Shown here: positions 27,346 through 41,332 of the stretch, piece after piece
How the letters are laid out: every line of letters starts with the position of its first letter
Position numbering within the stretch: position 1 is the first letter of the stretch
Source: Felis catus
Taxonomy: Eukaryota
Length of the DNA stretch: 64,000 nt
NCBI RefSeq assembly: GCF_018350175.1
Contig: NC_058368.1
Location: 48,114,001 to 48,178,000 of the forward strand
Reading direction: 5' to 3'
The notes under the pieces: generated by a model
Told to the model about the DNA's origin: nothing
Databases searched by the model: none
What the model saw: the letters and a program-made list of their open reading frames with translations, nothing else
Program-made: the position numbers and the translations under genes

Positions 27346-27761
27346 GCTCTCACATTAATTACTGGTTCACTGTGCACAGTGGATTCCTTCATTCCATAAA
27401 TATATATTGAGTGCTAGTCACTTATTAGACACAGCACAATGAGTTTACTGGAGGTGTGATATTTCGTTAGGCAGGCGTGGTGACTCTGTTAAGTACATCA
27501 GCTGGACTACTTGGGTTTAGTGTACACTGAATTTAAAATGATCTCTGCGTCCAGGGTCCCAGGGAAGCCCTATAAATCATTTATGAGTTTCTTGGAAAAT
27601 CATCTATTTATTTCTGATTTCGACTTTGTTTTTATGGAGTTGGGCTCCACAAAATTAAAATTCTTTACATTTTCTAATTATAGTTACTTCACTGATATAT
27701 GTCCTTGATTTTATATTCTCTTCTTATATTTCCTAGAGGCTTGTCAATATGTTGTAGTATT

Positions 27762-27982
27762 GGGGCGCCTGGGTGGCGCAGTCGGTTAAGCGTCCGACTT
27801 CAGCCAGGTCACGATCTCGCGGTCCGGGAGTTCGAGCCCCGCATCAGGCTCTGGGCTGACGGCTCAGAGCCTGGAGCCTGTTTCCGATTCTGTGTCTCCC
27901 TCTCTCTCTGCCCCTCCCCCGTTTCTGCTCTGTCTCTCTCTGCCCCAAAAATAAATAAACGTTGAAAAAAAAATTAAAAAAA
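27762..27982 (+). mobile_element. Young felid Can-SINE (SINEC_Fc-like)
   Basis: CpG-intact head. Perfect 16-bp TSD aatatgttgtagtatt at 27746-27761 and 27983-27998. Confidence 0.97.
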
Positions 27983-28179
27983 AATATGTTGTAGTATTTA
28001 TCAATATAAAAATTAGCTACATATACACATCAGTATTCTATACCATAAATATATAAAGCATAAATTATTAAGTGAAAAGACAAGGTACAGAATAATATAT
28101 ACATTGTATTGCAGAGTATTGGGGGACTGAAGAAGGAAGTTAACTTTTATTCCCACCTTCTGTACCATTTACATTCTTT

Positions 28180-28409
28180 TTTTTTTTTTTTGAGAGAGAG
28201 AGTGTGCATGAGTAGGGAAGAAGGGCAGAGGGAGGGAGGGAGGAAGAGAAAGAGAGAGAGAGACACAGAGAGAGAGAGAGAGAGCGAGTCTTGAGCATGG
28301 AGCCTGGGACTCTATCCCATGACCATGAGATCATGACCTGAGCTGAAATCAAGAGTGGGATGCTTAACTGACTGAGCCACCCTGGCCACCCCTCCCCCCC
28401 CCCCTTTTC
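28180..28409 (-). mobile_element. Can-SINE
   Basis: TSD ccatttacattcttt at 28165-28179 and 28410-28424. Confidence 0.92.
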
Positions 28410-28999
28410 CCATTTACATTCTTTATCATGATTAACTTTAATCATCATAATAAAAAGAACTCTTTTAAATGAGTTAGAGAATCTAGACGGATACAAACAA
28501 TGTTCACTTAGTACACTGGTTGGAAGTCCAGTGGTGTCAGCCATAAGGGCTTAAGCTTCAGTTCTACTGAACTTGATTGTGCTTTTGATAACTGGCAGTG
28601 TGTCAGCAGGGTGGATTGCCAAAACACTTAGGAGAAGTCACTTGATCAACTTGTCCTTGGCACAATGGCCATTCTGAAAATAGATATACTCAAATGAAAT
28701 GAGTTATACTAAAAACTTACTCCAAACGTTCAGTTAACTGAGTGCTTGTCGTATCTGAAAAACATGCTTTAAAATGTGGAATTGTTTTATGTTAATGTGA
28801 AAAGCACTGCCTGAATTACAGTATTTACTTTTGAGACACGTCTTCTCATGATTTAGAGTGCCCTTCTGGGCTGGCTTACCCTTGCTCTGGTCCATTTAGG
28901 GATTTCCAAGCACTCAGGGCATATGCCAAAGCAGGAAAGAGTCCGGTGTCTGAAAGTGAGAGAAAAAGAACATATAGATAAATTTGCTACCACAAATAT

Positions 29000-29000
<1 letters not shown>

Positions 29001-29030
<30 letters not shown>

Positions 29031-29070
29031 TGCATGCACGCACGCACACACACACACACACACACCCACA
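29001..29070. repeat. (CA)n compound microsatellite
   Basis: Visible CA/CG run. Confidence 0.95.
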
Positions 29071-29689
29071 AAACTAGGAAAAATCTTTTTGCAGCAAAAG
29101 TGATATAGGTAAGGTTACTTATTTCATATAAGATGAGCTTTTCCAAATTTATTCCATATACACAAAGATAAATGGGCAAAGTCTATCAATCAACAGTTCT
29201 CAAATGAGGAAATATTGTTTGTTCCTTCATTAGTTTGATACAATTTTGTGTGAGTCCTTGAGATAGGAGCCACACATATTTGTCATGGGGTCCCTAAGTG
29301 AAACTAGTAAGTGTTCCAAATGAGGAGGAAAGGACCTCACTTCCTACACATTAGGAGACTCCATCAGTATTGTGGGTCTTGTAACCACAGAAAGCATCAC
29401 TTTAAGACAAATGGACTTGACAGAATCACTGCTGGTACTTCCTTACCACAGAGGAGTACTGTGTACTGAGCTTTCTTAGCTTGTAGCTTTCAGATAGCTA
29501 GACTTGCTGTAATTGCCGGCAAGAAACACCAAGTCATACCCAGTGCCATTCTTTAGCCTCTGGGCCTCATTTCCAGCATGTACCATTTCCACTGGGCCTC
29601 ACATTCTTAGTTGTCCCCTCCTCACCTTCTGCTAGCTACTTATTACACAGTAATTTAAGATACAGAGACTAAGGACATAATTTAGGCTA

Positions 29690-30200
29690 AGGGTAAGGTG
29701 GAAGCAACAGGGACAGAGTGAGTCGATAAATTCGTGAACTACTTCAGAGACTCTCTCGACAGAACTTGACAATTTATTGGATGGGCGCTGTGGGTGAGAA
29801 AAAGGGAGGAGTGATGGATGGCACCCAGGCTTTTGGTGTAAGCACCTGGGAGAGTGTAGTGCCAGGAATGAAGATAGAAAAATTACAGGAAGAAGAGTAT
29901 GAGAAAGAGATGAATTCAGTTCTGAACATGTTGAGTTTGAGGTATCTGTGAGATACCAAAGAAGAGATGTCGCGAAAGGTTCAGTTATATTCCTCTGGAG
30001 TTAAACAGGGAGATCTGGGCTGGAGATACATATGTAGTTGTCATCAACATAAAGATGGGAATCAAGCCATCCATGGGTGTGGATGAGTTTGCTTAAGGCA
30101 TGTTTGTAGCATGAGATGCTAAGTGGGCCCAGGCTAGAGTCCTGAGTAACCCCAATTATTTAGGGATGGGTCAAGAAGGAAGAGCTAATAAAACAGCAAG
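29690..30200 (-). mobile_element. L2 fragment
   Basis: gatgaattcagttctgaacatgttgagtttgaggtatctgtgagatacc and gatctgggctggagata. Confidence 0.8.
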
Positions 30201-30229
30201 AGAAGTAAAAGGAAAATTGGGACCGTGCC

Positions 30230-30605
30230 TTTGTTCCCACTGATCCCTTTCCCTGGAGTGACCTCCCTCTTTTCTTTGCATGGTAAAATACAGCTAATCC
30301 TTCAAGATATCTCAAATGTCTCTTCAATGAAGGAAATTTTTTTGATCCACTCTCTATTTCCCCAAGTGCCATAAAAGCTGTTCTCTTTTCTCTGCTTCTA
30401 TAGCACTTCAAAAAGAAAAAAAGAAAAAGAAAGAAGAAAGAAAAGAGAAGAAAAATTGTAAACACAGCCACTGAGGACACCTCCAGCCACTCCCCCTACC
30501 ATTTTCTGAGCTAATATGCAGGAGGAATGTGACAGGTGATTCTAATGCATCTTTGTTTCCTAGCACCAAACAGTACATATGAAATGGTCAATGAGTGTTG
30601 AATTA
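30230..30605 (+). mobile_element. L2 3' fragment
   Basis: atccttcaagatatctcaaatgtctcttc and catctttgtttcctagcacc...caatgagtgttgaatt. Confidence 0.55.
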
Positions 30606-31869
30606 ATTTTATTTTCCTGGCATTGAAAAGTCTGTACCTCATTCTGACAAAGGTTTCAGCCCAGTGAGACACATTATTCATAAAAAATATCCATGATTTT
30701 TTAAGAACTCTTGATAACAAAATCTATTTCTCGTACGGCGTTGGAACTTAATTTAGTTTGTTGTTATTCATGCCACACCTACTTCCAAAAAGGATTTGAG
30801 ATAGCTTGCAATGAGTCATATGAAAAATTACATCTTTAAAGACAGCACAAAAGCATCATGCAATGGAAAAAGGTAATAACATTACCTGATAAGTTAGACC
30901 ATGGAAAGTTGCAGCAATTGAGAATAAGATATGGTTTTGCACTTCCTAGCAGACAAGGTGATACATTCTCATTGTTTGAGCAGCCCTCGGATTTTTGTGG
31001 GACTTTGTGTAGGTGGAGGACAGCATATAGGTACATTACTCAGACCAGCTAAAATCCTGCCAGGCTTAATTAGATCCTTCATTTATTTGCAGTGTTGTGT
31101 ATAGTGTGCTTTTAGTGGTCTGTGAATTAGAATGACCAAAAAAAAAAAAAAAACCAAAAAAACAATAACTGTCTCACTTGCAGAAAAAACTAAACAGGAC
31201 TTCTGTCCTGCAGAAGAGGATTCTTTTTTAAGGTAAAAACATTTTAAGCTATCTCATAACTATTCTTTCAGAATATGTTGCTTGAGAACACATGATGAAA
31301 AAATTCTGTAAATTTATAACCCTTAAATGTTTTTATTCTATTTATTAAAACACAATACTATCTTAATGCATTTTAAGAGACGGTACAGATATTTGCCTAA
31401 GATTAGGGGTACAGTATAGAAACATTGCTCAGTGAACACATGGATTTTAAATGGTTTTGCAATTATTCCAGAAGTCTTGTGATCAGACAATGGGAACCAT
31501 TATCTAGGGTAATGGTTTTCTAATCATTAATATAATTGTTTAGTTCTAATTGGCACTATAGCTATTTGGTCAAAGAACTCCTACTCTGAAGATCAACAAA
31601 TCACAGCTCTGGTTTTAAGGCTGGAATTGGTCTACCTGATTGGGGTCCAGAAAGGAATTTATCAAAAAGCCTGTTATCATCCCACTGGAACTAAACTAAA
31701 GAGAAAATATTATTAAATATTACCAACTTTCTTGCACGGTGATGAGTAGCTTGGCATTTAACGCTGGCTTCAGTGCATTCGTTCAAATATCCATGGCTTT
31801 CAAATAGGCACTGCCTTTATTTTTACACATTCAAAATTACAGTGTCTTCTGAGACAGTCCTAAGGTCCC

Positions 31870-31965
31870 AGAAAACCCCTCAGGTGATATGTTAGTCAAA
31901 CTTATGGACTTCAAGGAGAAAATGATACTTTACAAAATCAGGTGGAATTCAGATTTTCAAACTTC
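31870..31965 (+). mobile_element. L1 ORF1/HAL1-like remnant
   Basis: Translates to ...MLVKLMDFKEKMILYK, resembling the L1 ORF1 PRHILVKLLDFKDKEKIL motif. Confidence 0.35.
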
Positions 31966-32599
31966 CGCCAAAAGAAAGAGAACCCTGAGGTAAAATTTTT
32001 CTCTAAGTTTTTAAGTTCCACCTGCTGCTACTATGTCACAAGGCATATGCTGTAATTTTATTCTGTGACAGAATTTCCCTCTTCTCAATATTGCTAGAAT
32101 TCAAAAGGATTATTTTGATTTCTAATTTCTTTAGAGCACCTTCATTTATTAATTTGTATAATGCAGAGAATTTGAGAATCTCTCTTGGTGTGCTTTAAAC
32201 ATATACACATACACATCCTCGAATCACAGCTAAAATCTGTTCATGGAAGAACAAGATTATTCACCAAGCAGCACTTCCGAATCAGCACTCAGTATCATTG
32301 GCGTATGTCCCATATCACTTATCTGCTCTGTGATTTGACATAGATCCTGGACCCTGAGAATTTGCTACCAACGAAAGCTCCTTGAAAGCAGAGACAGTTT
32401 CCTATGGAGCCTGTATTTCTGGCAGCATTTAACAAAGTCTGAGTTTGCAGAATTTGATTCAATTAAATGTAGATTCCTAACCAAGCATATAGGAGGATAG
32501 TTGCCTTCTCCTTGTCCTCCCCACCCTTCGAATCCTATCCTCCTATCTCTCATTCTCAACCATATCTCTTCACCTCCCTCCATGCCATTATCATAAACT

Positions 32600-32980
32600 C
32601 CCTTTAATTCCTACCATTCTTTTCTTGCCTTTGACCTTCTGCAAATTCTATTTCCTTCGACTGGAATATCCTTCCCCATCTTTTCCCCTGGGTGGGTCAT
32701 AGTCACTTTTTAGGTCTATTATTTTGCCTCTTCTCTGGGAATACTTTATAACTGTCCAAGTCTGATCAAGTAGCCTCCAAAATTTGCTCCCACGCTATGA
32801 TATCATAGCCCGATCAAACCATTGTAATTGAAGTAGCCCCACTAGATTATAAACTTGAGGAGAGCAGGCAGGGTTTGTTATTGTGTTTACCTACATATTC
32901 TCAGGAACTTGGCACTATGGCTGAGATTTAGTAGGTGCTTAATAAATATTGGATGAGTGAACAAATGAACAAATAAGTTC
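32600..32980 (+). mobile_element. L2 3' end
   Basis: ccactagattataaacttgaggagagcagg...tagtaggtgcttaataaatattggatgagtgaa. Confidence 0.8.
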
Positions 32981-34647
32981 AATGACCAGGAATACTTTCT
33001 CAAGAGTCCTTTCTCCCAGAATCTCTTCAACAATTGTGACTTCAGTGTTGGCACAGTGGCATTGTTTTAGGTAAATTTCTAAGAATCCTGCTGAATTTCT
33101 AAAAATCCTATTTACTAAAAATCCTGCTGAAATTGTTCATGAAGCTGGCAGTGCCATAAGATCAAATCTGGAAGTCATGTTCACATCATTCTTCTGTGTA
33201 GACAAGGATGGAGCTTGGGGTCCTTGCCTTCAGCTGAAGGATGTCCACCTAGTCTTTCTCTTCCATTCCTACTTTGTCAACTTGCAGGCCCCTTGATATG
33301 GGGATGTGCTCTCTTTATTTTTATTCATTCATCAAGTATTGCTTGAGGGTCTCTTACAAAAAAAAAAAAAAAAGCCATGACTTGGGAGCTACTCAAGAAC
33401 CAAAATTCCACCAAAGTATGCCATCATCTCAGCAATCGTGAACTAGCAAATGCCAGGCAGAGAATGGGTAAAGGGAAAACCCTTACAAACCATTCTGAGA
33501 GTGCTCTGTAAGTTATACATATGTATTGGCAAAATCCTTTGATCAAGTCTCAATATGCCCCTTTCCTCATAGTAAGGGATCCATCTTCTCTTAAAAACAG
33601 ATTAAAGCACACTTAGAGCCATCTGGAAGAAGATGCTGGCTGATTAGGGTTCAGTCTCTCTCCTTAGAGAACAGCTTACACAAAATTACACTGAATAGAG
33701 TTTCAGAATCAAGCTGCTTTTCCCTTTTCCTTTTACAATATGTACTTTACAGAATGCATAGTGATCTCTTAAGACATTTTTGTCTTTTATTTCCTAGTTT
33801 CTTTCTGACAGAAATTCTTTTCTTCGCAGAGAAATAAGGCTTTTCTTTCATTGCCTCTATTCCCTTGATGACATGAAGTATTCAATCACAACCAATTTAC
33901 AGATAATGTTGTGCTAGTTTCTGGTGTGTTTGTCAGTTTCGTCACCTGTGCCAGATTGTCAAATGCATGCCCTAGATAACGTGGATACCTTAGTCAACAA
34001 GTTTCATCGTGCTTGTCAATGGAAATGTGGACATTTTCCTCTCGGTTCTTTTTTTCTTGCCTGTACCTTTTTGGATGACTTTGAATTGGATGTTCCTAGC
34101 CTGGCCAGTGCCTCTTGCTCTATAATCCTTCTAGTTACAGAATTAACCCTGTTGTTAGCTATTTGTCAATCAACTTATAATACAGTGTCAAATTAATTCC
34201 CTGCATCACTACAGGTTTTCAGCTGGGAAGTGCAGGAGAGATGAGAACAAAGCAAATCTTATACCATCAGGTCAGAAAAGTGCCTGGAGGGTCTTCACTC
34301 AGAGGTTCTTTCCTGACTTATCAGTGGCAGTCAGCTGAGCTGAAGCTCTCCAGGTGGTTCCTGCTTTCTTTCCCCTAAAGGAAAGGAAATAGCCAAATGA
34401 TATGAAATGCCACAAAGGGTCTAGTAGCAATCCAATTCTTCAGGGTCGTTTGAATAAAGCAGCTTGATAAGCGTTACCTGAAAGTGCAGGTTGGGGATAA
34501 TTTTGGTTTCGTTTTGGGGAGGGACAGGCAGAAGGGAAGAGCTCAGTGACAGTTTTGGTGATCTTGTCAATATTAGTGACCTAACTTACGTTTGTTAAAA
34601 ATAAAGCAAAAGATAAGAGGCAAGGGAGTTACAGACTACAGATTTCT

Positions 34648-34847
34648 TTTTTTTTTTAATGTTTTATTTTTGAGAGAGTACTAGTGGGGGAGGGGCAGAG
34701 AGAGAAGGCGACGCAGAATCTGAAGTAGGCTTATGGTTCTGAGCTGTCAGCATAGAGTCTGACTCGGAATGCCAACTCACAAACCATGAGATCATGACCT
34801 GAGCCAAAGTCGAATGCTTAACCAACTGAGCCACCCAGGTGTCCCCC
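34648..34847 (-). mobile_element. Can-SINE
   Basis: Perfect TSD gactacagatttct at 34634-34647 and 34848-34861. Confidence 0.95.
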
Positions 34848-35114
34848 GACTACAGATTTCTAACCTGCAGATCTCTACCTGTATATTTATGCAGCCAGAC
34901 TCTCCTTTTCTCTCTTAGTCAATAGCAGGGGTCGTGTGGGCATGCTTGTTTCCTCTCCCTCAATAAGTTGACAGCTGTAACAGAAAAGTTGGCATGTCCC
35001 TAGATTGCAGCACCGAGGTGGCACACAGCTCTATGATCAACTAATGACCAGTCAGTGGGAAGCAGCTATGATTGGGACACAGACGTGAAAGTACTGTGTT
35101 CTATGATCTCTATG

Positions 35115-35277
35115 CAGGGCTGACTTTACAGGCATGTGACTTTACAGCCACTTAAAAGAACCCTATGCTTGGTCTAATACTCTGCTGTTGCTTTCTTGAA
35201 ATTCTTAATAATTTCCAAAGAAGGGACCTCGTATTTTCATTTTGGGCTAAGCCCACAAAATTATGTAGCCAGTTCTT
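35115..35277 (+). mobile_element. MER91A-like hAT-Tip100 MITE
   Basis: cagggctgacttt...ctctgctgttgctttcttgaaattcttaataatt...aattatgtagccagttct matches the recalled consensus. Confidence 0.75.
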
Positions 35278-35419
35278 TCTTCAACACGTATTGTTGAGAC
35301 ATAAAAAAGCAGGGGGTAAATCATGGGTAAAAAATTAGCTCTATGTGTACTTTAAACCACTTCCAGCCCCCACTCCCTGATCCCACCCTCATTTATGTAC
35401 GTGTTGAGAGACAATTTTG

Positions 35420-35645
35420 AGAATAGTTAAGGGTAAAGACTCTGTAGCTAGATTGCTTGGGTTTAAAACATACCATAGGAAAATTACCATACTTTTTGGT
35501 GCCTCAGCATCCTCACCTGTAAAATGGGGTAAAAATATGGTCTATCTCACAGAATTGTTGTAAGGATTGAGTGATTTAACAAATGGAAAGTCCTTAGAGC
35601 ACAGCCCGGCCCTTACTAGTGCTAGATTATCTATTGTGTTATTAT
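35420..35645 (+). mobile_element. MIR
   Basis: gtgcctcagcatcctcacctgtaaaatgggg core. Confidence 0.8.
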
Positions 35646-35930
35646 TTTTAATCTAGGTTATATTATCTAATTAGATTGTATTTGGAAGACTATATAATAA
35701 ACCAATAAAAATGGTTCCCTACAGAGAAGGGGACTAGGGAACAGGAATAGGAGCAGAAGTGGATTTTGTAAGACTCAAACTTAAGGGTCCCTTTAAGAAA
35801 AGCAATAGATATTCATTGTTTGAATAAAAGCTGTATAATTTAAAAGAACTGATTTTTCAAAATCTGACAAACATAAATAATAAAATATAAATGCATTTTT
35901 AAAAAAGAAGAGCAATAGGTAAGTAAGGCA

Positions 35931-36118
35931 GGGCTGTCTGAGTGACTCAGTTGGTTGAGAGTCCAACTCTTGATTTCAGCTCAGGTCATGATCCCAGGGT
36001 CATGGGATTGAGCCCTGTGTTGGGCTCTGTGCTGAGTATGGAGTCTGCTTAAGATTCTGTCCCTTCTCTTCTGTCCCTCTCCCCAACTTATGATCTCTCT
36101 CTAAAATAAAATTTAAAA
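35931..36118 (+). mobile_element. Can-SINE
   Basis: gggctgtctgagtgactcagttgg head, flanked by taaggca. Confidence 0.9.
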
Positions 36119-36374
36119 ATAAGGCAAACATTTATTTTGAAAGAAAACATTTTTAATGCTGAAAAACACTAAAAGTTTAGAAAATATAAAATAATTTCTT
36201 TATTAATTGACTAATAAATCTTTAAACGTTTCCCCCATATTTTTGCTGCACAATCTTTGCCTCATCATGTGAAAATTTTATAATATTCTTTCCTATGAGA
36301 AAATGAATATATTTCTATTACCTGTGAGAATAGAAAGATAATTCTGTTTTTCCCATCTATATGTATTTTAATCA

Positions 36375-37720
36375 TTGTTATTGAGGTATAATTAACATAC
36401 CATAAAATTTATCATTGTGAAAGCACACTTTGGTGATTTTTTAGTAAATTTATATAGTTGTACAACATGCTTTAAAACATTTCCATTAATCCAAAAATTT
36501 CTCTTATGTCCATTTATGCTTGCTTTGCTAAGTTTCTTCTTCAGTGTTTTGATGCTATGTGAATGGAACTGTTTTCTTAATTTTATTTTCTGATTGTTTG
36601 TTGCTAATATTTCATACAATTGATTTTTTGTTTATTGATGTTGTATCCTGCAACTTTGCTAAGTGTGCATATTTGCTATAGTAGTTCTTAAAAATATATT
36701 TCTTATAATTTTCTACATATAGGATCATGTTGTCTGCTAATAGTTTCAGTTTCTCCTTTCCAATCTACATGTCTTTAATTTTTTAATCCTGCATTATTGC
36801 ATTGGTTAGAACCTCCTGTACAATGTTGAATAGAAGTTGTAAGAGTGGAGATTCTTACTTGCTCCTTTTCTATGGGGGAAAACATTCAGTATATTACCAC
36901 TAAGTATGATGCTAATACTAAGTTTTCTTGTTTTGTTTTTAATGCTATTAACAGATTGCAGAAATTCCCTTCTATTCGCCATTTGTTGAGAGCTTCTATC
37001 ACAAATGGGTGCTGATCTTGTCAAATGTTTTTGTGGCTTCTGTTGAGATAATCATGTAGGTTTGCCTTCTTTTCTGTTAATATTATATATTGTATTAATC
37101 CACTTTCAGATGTTAAACCAACTTTATGTTCCTTTGTAAAAGTGTACAATCCTTTTTCCTATGTTGCTGAATTTAGCTAATACTTTATCGAAGATTTTTG
37201 CTTCTACGGTCATGAGGGACACTGTCTTATAGTTTTCATTTCATGTAATGTTTTTGTCTGGCTTTGACAATAGGATAATATTGACCTCATGAAATGAATT
37301 GGTAAGTACTTCTCCTCTGTTTTCTGAATGAATATGAGTAGTATTGGTATCATTTCTTTCTTAAATATTTAAGAAAATTCACCAGTGAAGAGGTGCCTGG
37401 GTGACTTAGTTAAGCATCCGACTCTTGATTTTGGCTCAGTTTGTGATCCCAGGGTCATGGGATGGAGCCCTGCGTTGGGCTCCACAATAAGCATGGAGCC
37501 TGCTTAAAATTCCCACCCACCCCACCTCTACTTCTGCCCCTCTCTCCTCACATGCGTTCTCTCTCCATCTCTCTTTCTCCCTAAAGAATGAAAAGAAAGA
37601 AAGAAAAGAAAATTTGCCAGTGAAGCCGTCTGGACCTGATCTTTTCTTTGAGGAGAGGTGCTTAGTTATTCATTCAATTTGTCAATTTCTTATAGGTCTA
37701 GTCAGATACCCCTTCTTGGG
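36375..37720 (-). mobile_element. L1 fragments (3' end plus ORF2 region)
   Basis: ttgtatcctgcaactttgctaa, agaacctcctgtacaatgttgaataga and aattcaccagtgaag. Confidence 0.85.
37390..37606 (+). mobile_element. Can-SINE inserted in L1
   Basis: Flanked by aagaaaatt[ca/tg]ccagtgaag duplication. Confidence 0.9.
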
Positions 37721-39164
37721 GAGATATATAGGACATCTGTGACTTACACCCAATTTGTACTCACTGGTTTCAGAAACGATAAACTTCTGTGATCAACAAA
37801 TTGAGGAATTCCTATAAAACCATGCGCTAACGAACTGTGCCGCTAGAACTATTACAAATTAAGGAATTCTAACAAAGTCTATCTTGTGCAATTCCCATCA
37901 AAAAAGGAAATAAAAAATGTGTGGAACACTTATAATTGCATACCCTGTATGATTGAGTATAATCTTGACAAGAGACAATTTCTGTTTTGGTGGATATCAG
38001 TGAGAACAGACACTTCCTCTTATAAATAATTTTACTTATCTTTGATAAGAATTTGCTACCGACTAGCTTCAGGTTCCATATAATTCATAACTGAGTTCAT
38101 GCATATCCTCTGCATATACCTCCAGTGCTAAGTGCTTGGTACCCTGTAGCACCTTCATATTATATGAACTCTGGTCCTCTGGTATGGATACCTTCATGTC
38201 ATGTCTGGGCCGGAAAAATGGTCAGCGGGATTATCTGTTAAAGTCAATTTTAGTTTGAGACTGCTAGTAATAAAGTAACTACATGCAGAAGCTAATGCAC
38301 ACCACATTTTAAAAATCGCACTGATTCCAAGCTGAGGGTATCTCAAATTCCATTTCCCCTTAGCTGGAACCCTAAAATGCCACCCCACTCCAGTGCCAAC
38401 AAAAAGAGAGAAAGCATGACAGAACAGGACTGGAAAGAAGCCATTTTCTGTACCAGCTGTGATGAAATTATCTAACTTTTGCAAATATAAAAAATTTGAC
38501 TGTGTGAACATATTACTAGGTCTATCTTAGAGTCTTAGAAGGGGTCCATGCAAATGAGGAGCTCCGAAGCTCACTTTATGAATTTCATGGTAAATGGTAA
38601 ATCAATCTCAATCTCAGGGTAGAAGAAAGACTGACTCCAAAAAGTACTGGGTTTCAAGTCTTCTTCTTGGCAACTTATAAGGTGTGTAACTGATTTATTG
38701 AATAAAACTTCTGGGCTTTAATTTTCTCATGTGTAATTAAATGAGCAACAGTAATTGTTGACATTTATTCACCACTTCCTGCATGCTATGCACTTTAAGT
38801 GCATTATCTCAATTCTTCCCACCTTTTCAAATAGGCTTTGTTAAAACCCCCATTTTACAATGAAGGAAACTGGGTAATTTTCCTGAAACTTACTAGTGAT
38901 TACCTCATATCATTGTTCTGTGCAGTTAATGTGAAAATAAATAACGAAGGTGACTTACACTCTGAAACATTACACCAGTCCTCATCAGAGAGAGCCCTTA
39001 TAAGTGTGAGAAATTCCTCGGATCACCTGTAAGTCAGGGCACCATTAAATGCCCAATCAGACTGAGCCAAGTCAGGTCCTGGAGTGTCTCCAGCCTACCA
39101 CGACTACTCATCAAGCTACAAGTCCAGTGGACAGGAGGCTAGACAGTCACACACAGTGTGGTGC

Positions 39165-39345
39165 AATGGTTTTCAAAATTTACTCAACATATGAATCATG
39201 AAGAGGCAATTGTGCTTGTTGAAATAACAATTCCCGGAACTTATCTCCAAGTATTCTGATTTGGTCAGTTCAGAACTGGGCTTCAGGATGTGCATTTTTA
39301 TTAAGTATTCTGGGGGTGATTTTGATGTAGTGGTTTTGGGGTTAT
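39165..39345. mobile_element. MER5-like hAT MITE
   Basis: caatggttttcaaa...tgtgcattttta...ggtgattttgatgtagtgg. Confidence 0.55.
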
Positions 39346-40064
39346 GGATTTGGCACAGAGAAATTGGTTCATTGAAGGAAGAGAGCTGCTAGCCTACCTG
39401 GTGTTAGTTTTTTCTGTCTTTATATCCCGACCTCCAAAAGACAGAATGAAAGAAACATTTGTTTGTCCTACCTACTTGCTAATGCTTCTAGGACTTCAAT
39501 CCTTCTGGGGAGGTAATAGTGTGTTGTTATATATTATTTGTATTTGACTGAATGAGTTTCATATGTTTTCTTGTGAGGGCTGGTTTTGATAGGAATAGAG
39601 TATGTGGACACTGCAAATGATGACATCTTTCCAAGGAAAGAAATGGGCATATGCAACTAGGAGAACAAAGTAGCCTTTTTTTTTTTTTTTTTTTTTCCAC
39701 TTTATCTGTACTGAGTAATGTCAGGTCAGGGCCAAAAAGTCGTTTGTTACTTTACGGAACAATTATAGGTGAACAATGGCAGTAATTCTGACAGCTTGGA
39801 ATCCAGCTAGAGGAATAGGAAGAGCTGAACCTTAGGATCAATTAATTATTAAAATCAGAGCCTAAAAACAAGCTGGAGTCACTATCACATGGGGACTATA
39901 TGTCAGATTCAAGATTAGGGATCTTGATATCTTCTGTCAAATTTGTCTGTGCCTAGATATCACTGAGGCACCTTGTTCTTTGAGATGTAAATACAATTCA
40001 GTTAGGCTATATTCCAGGTGAATTTAGTGAATTGGGAGGCTCTTAGTTCTTTCTCTTACTAGAT

Positions 40065-40247
40065 CAGGGAAACAGCACTTTGTTTTTTTTCAGCTTTGTA
40101 TGCCATACAGTCTCTAATTATTCAACTCTGCCATTGAAGCTGCCATAAACAATATATAAACAAATGAGCATGGGTCTGTTCCCATAAAACTTTATAGAGA
40201 TAGGTGGCGTCCAGATTTGGCCCAAGGACATAGGTTGCAGACACCTG
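40065..40247 (+). mobile_element. MER58A-like hAT-Charlie MITE
   Basis: caggg...aaacaaatgagcatgggtctgttcccataaaacttta...gcagacacctg, with CTAGA-containing flanks. Confidence 0.75.
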
Positions 40248-41332
40248 TTCTAGAAGGTTAGCGATGGCTTATTGCTTACTTGCAAATCTCTAGTTCTGAG
40301 TTCCTGTTTCCGCTGAATTAGTTCAGTTTATTGGTCATTTTATCACCCCATGGATCTCTCCCTATTCCACAATTTGTAAGGCAAGAAATGGATCTCCAGC
40401 AGCCTGCATAGAAGGTTATTTACACTGACATCCAATCAGGCAACCATGTCTAACCATGAGAAATTTCTGGTTGGTAACTTGCTTGGCATGTCCAAACTCT
40501 TATATAAGTCTCAGCGGACTCACTCTTTTTGATGTGCAAAACAGGTTGTACCACCTCACTCATACTAGAGGAAGCAAGAATGGAACTGATGGCTTCGTAG
40601 CAAATTGTTGGGGTGGGGGTGACCACATGGGGCTCCAAATATTACTCTGTAAACCAACAATTGTCAAGTTAGTGTCACAGATTAAGCTGGTCTGCTATCA
40701 AATGGTCTTCTCTGACTGAAATAAGTATGGGTTGATTCCTAAAACTTGGAATTCAAGGAATGTCACATTTCCCCATTTTGTGAAATCATATTAAATTCAT
40801 ATTGAACTTTTTTATTTCCAGGGTTTACGAGAAGTCCAAACTCAGTGATCTTCAGTGCTTCTTTCCCCTATTTTGGGCTACAGAAGGATCCCAGGATTGG
40901 TGAGGTACAGGAAAATAGAGGAAAGTACCATTCCTCAAACTCTGCATGCTTGTGGCTACCATCACCCATGTTTTAATGGTTTATTCCAATAGAGACAGCT
41001 ATCAGGCATACCAATGGTTCCATCCACAAGTGACTTGAGGTCCTTCACCAAAGGTCCCAAGATCAAGTACTTGTTTTGCAGTCTGTCCACCTGCAAGGGG
41101 TTGCATTTTAATGGGCTCTGATTTACGTCATTGGTGCCAACTGATCATCTTACCTTCCTCAGTAGCAAGAATCAAACCAATTTCCCAGGAACTTGGTTGC
41201 TCCCCTTATGAAATTTTAAACCACAAACTCTGAGTCCCTTTCTTTTTCAGGTGATCCAGTTTAATAAACTTGTTCAATCCCGAATGTCAGAGGTACAAGT
41301 TGTATGTCTTGCATAGTGACTAATTTTTTTAA

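Larger units (their letters stand above)
35753..38596. mobile_element. Zaphod-like hAT-Tip100 DNA transposon, interrupted by an L1 and two SINEs
   Basis: Left end cagaagtggatttt...ccctttaagaaaa. Right part 37740-38596 has tttccccttagctgg and gaaggggtccatgcaaatgagg...tttcatggtaaat, as recalled for Zaphod. Confidence 0.6.

Noticed and set aside
27699..27965. Repeated peptide GAPGWRSRLSVRLQPGHDLAVREFEPR in three ORFs (also 41362-41640 and 60031-60282), and the MAQSV... ORFs
   Set aside because: These are translations of Can-SINE bodies, not a gene family.
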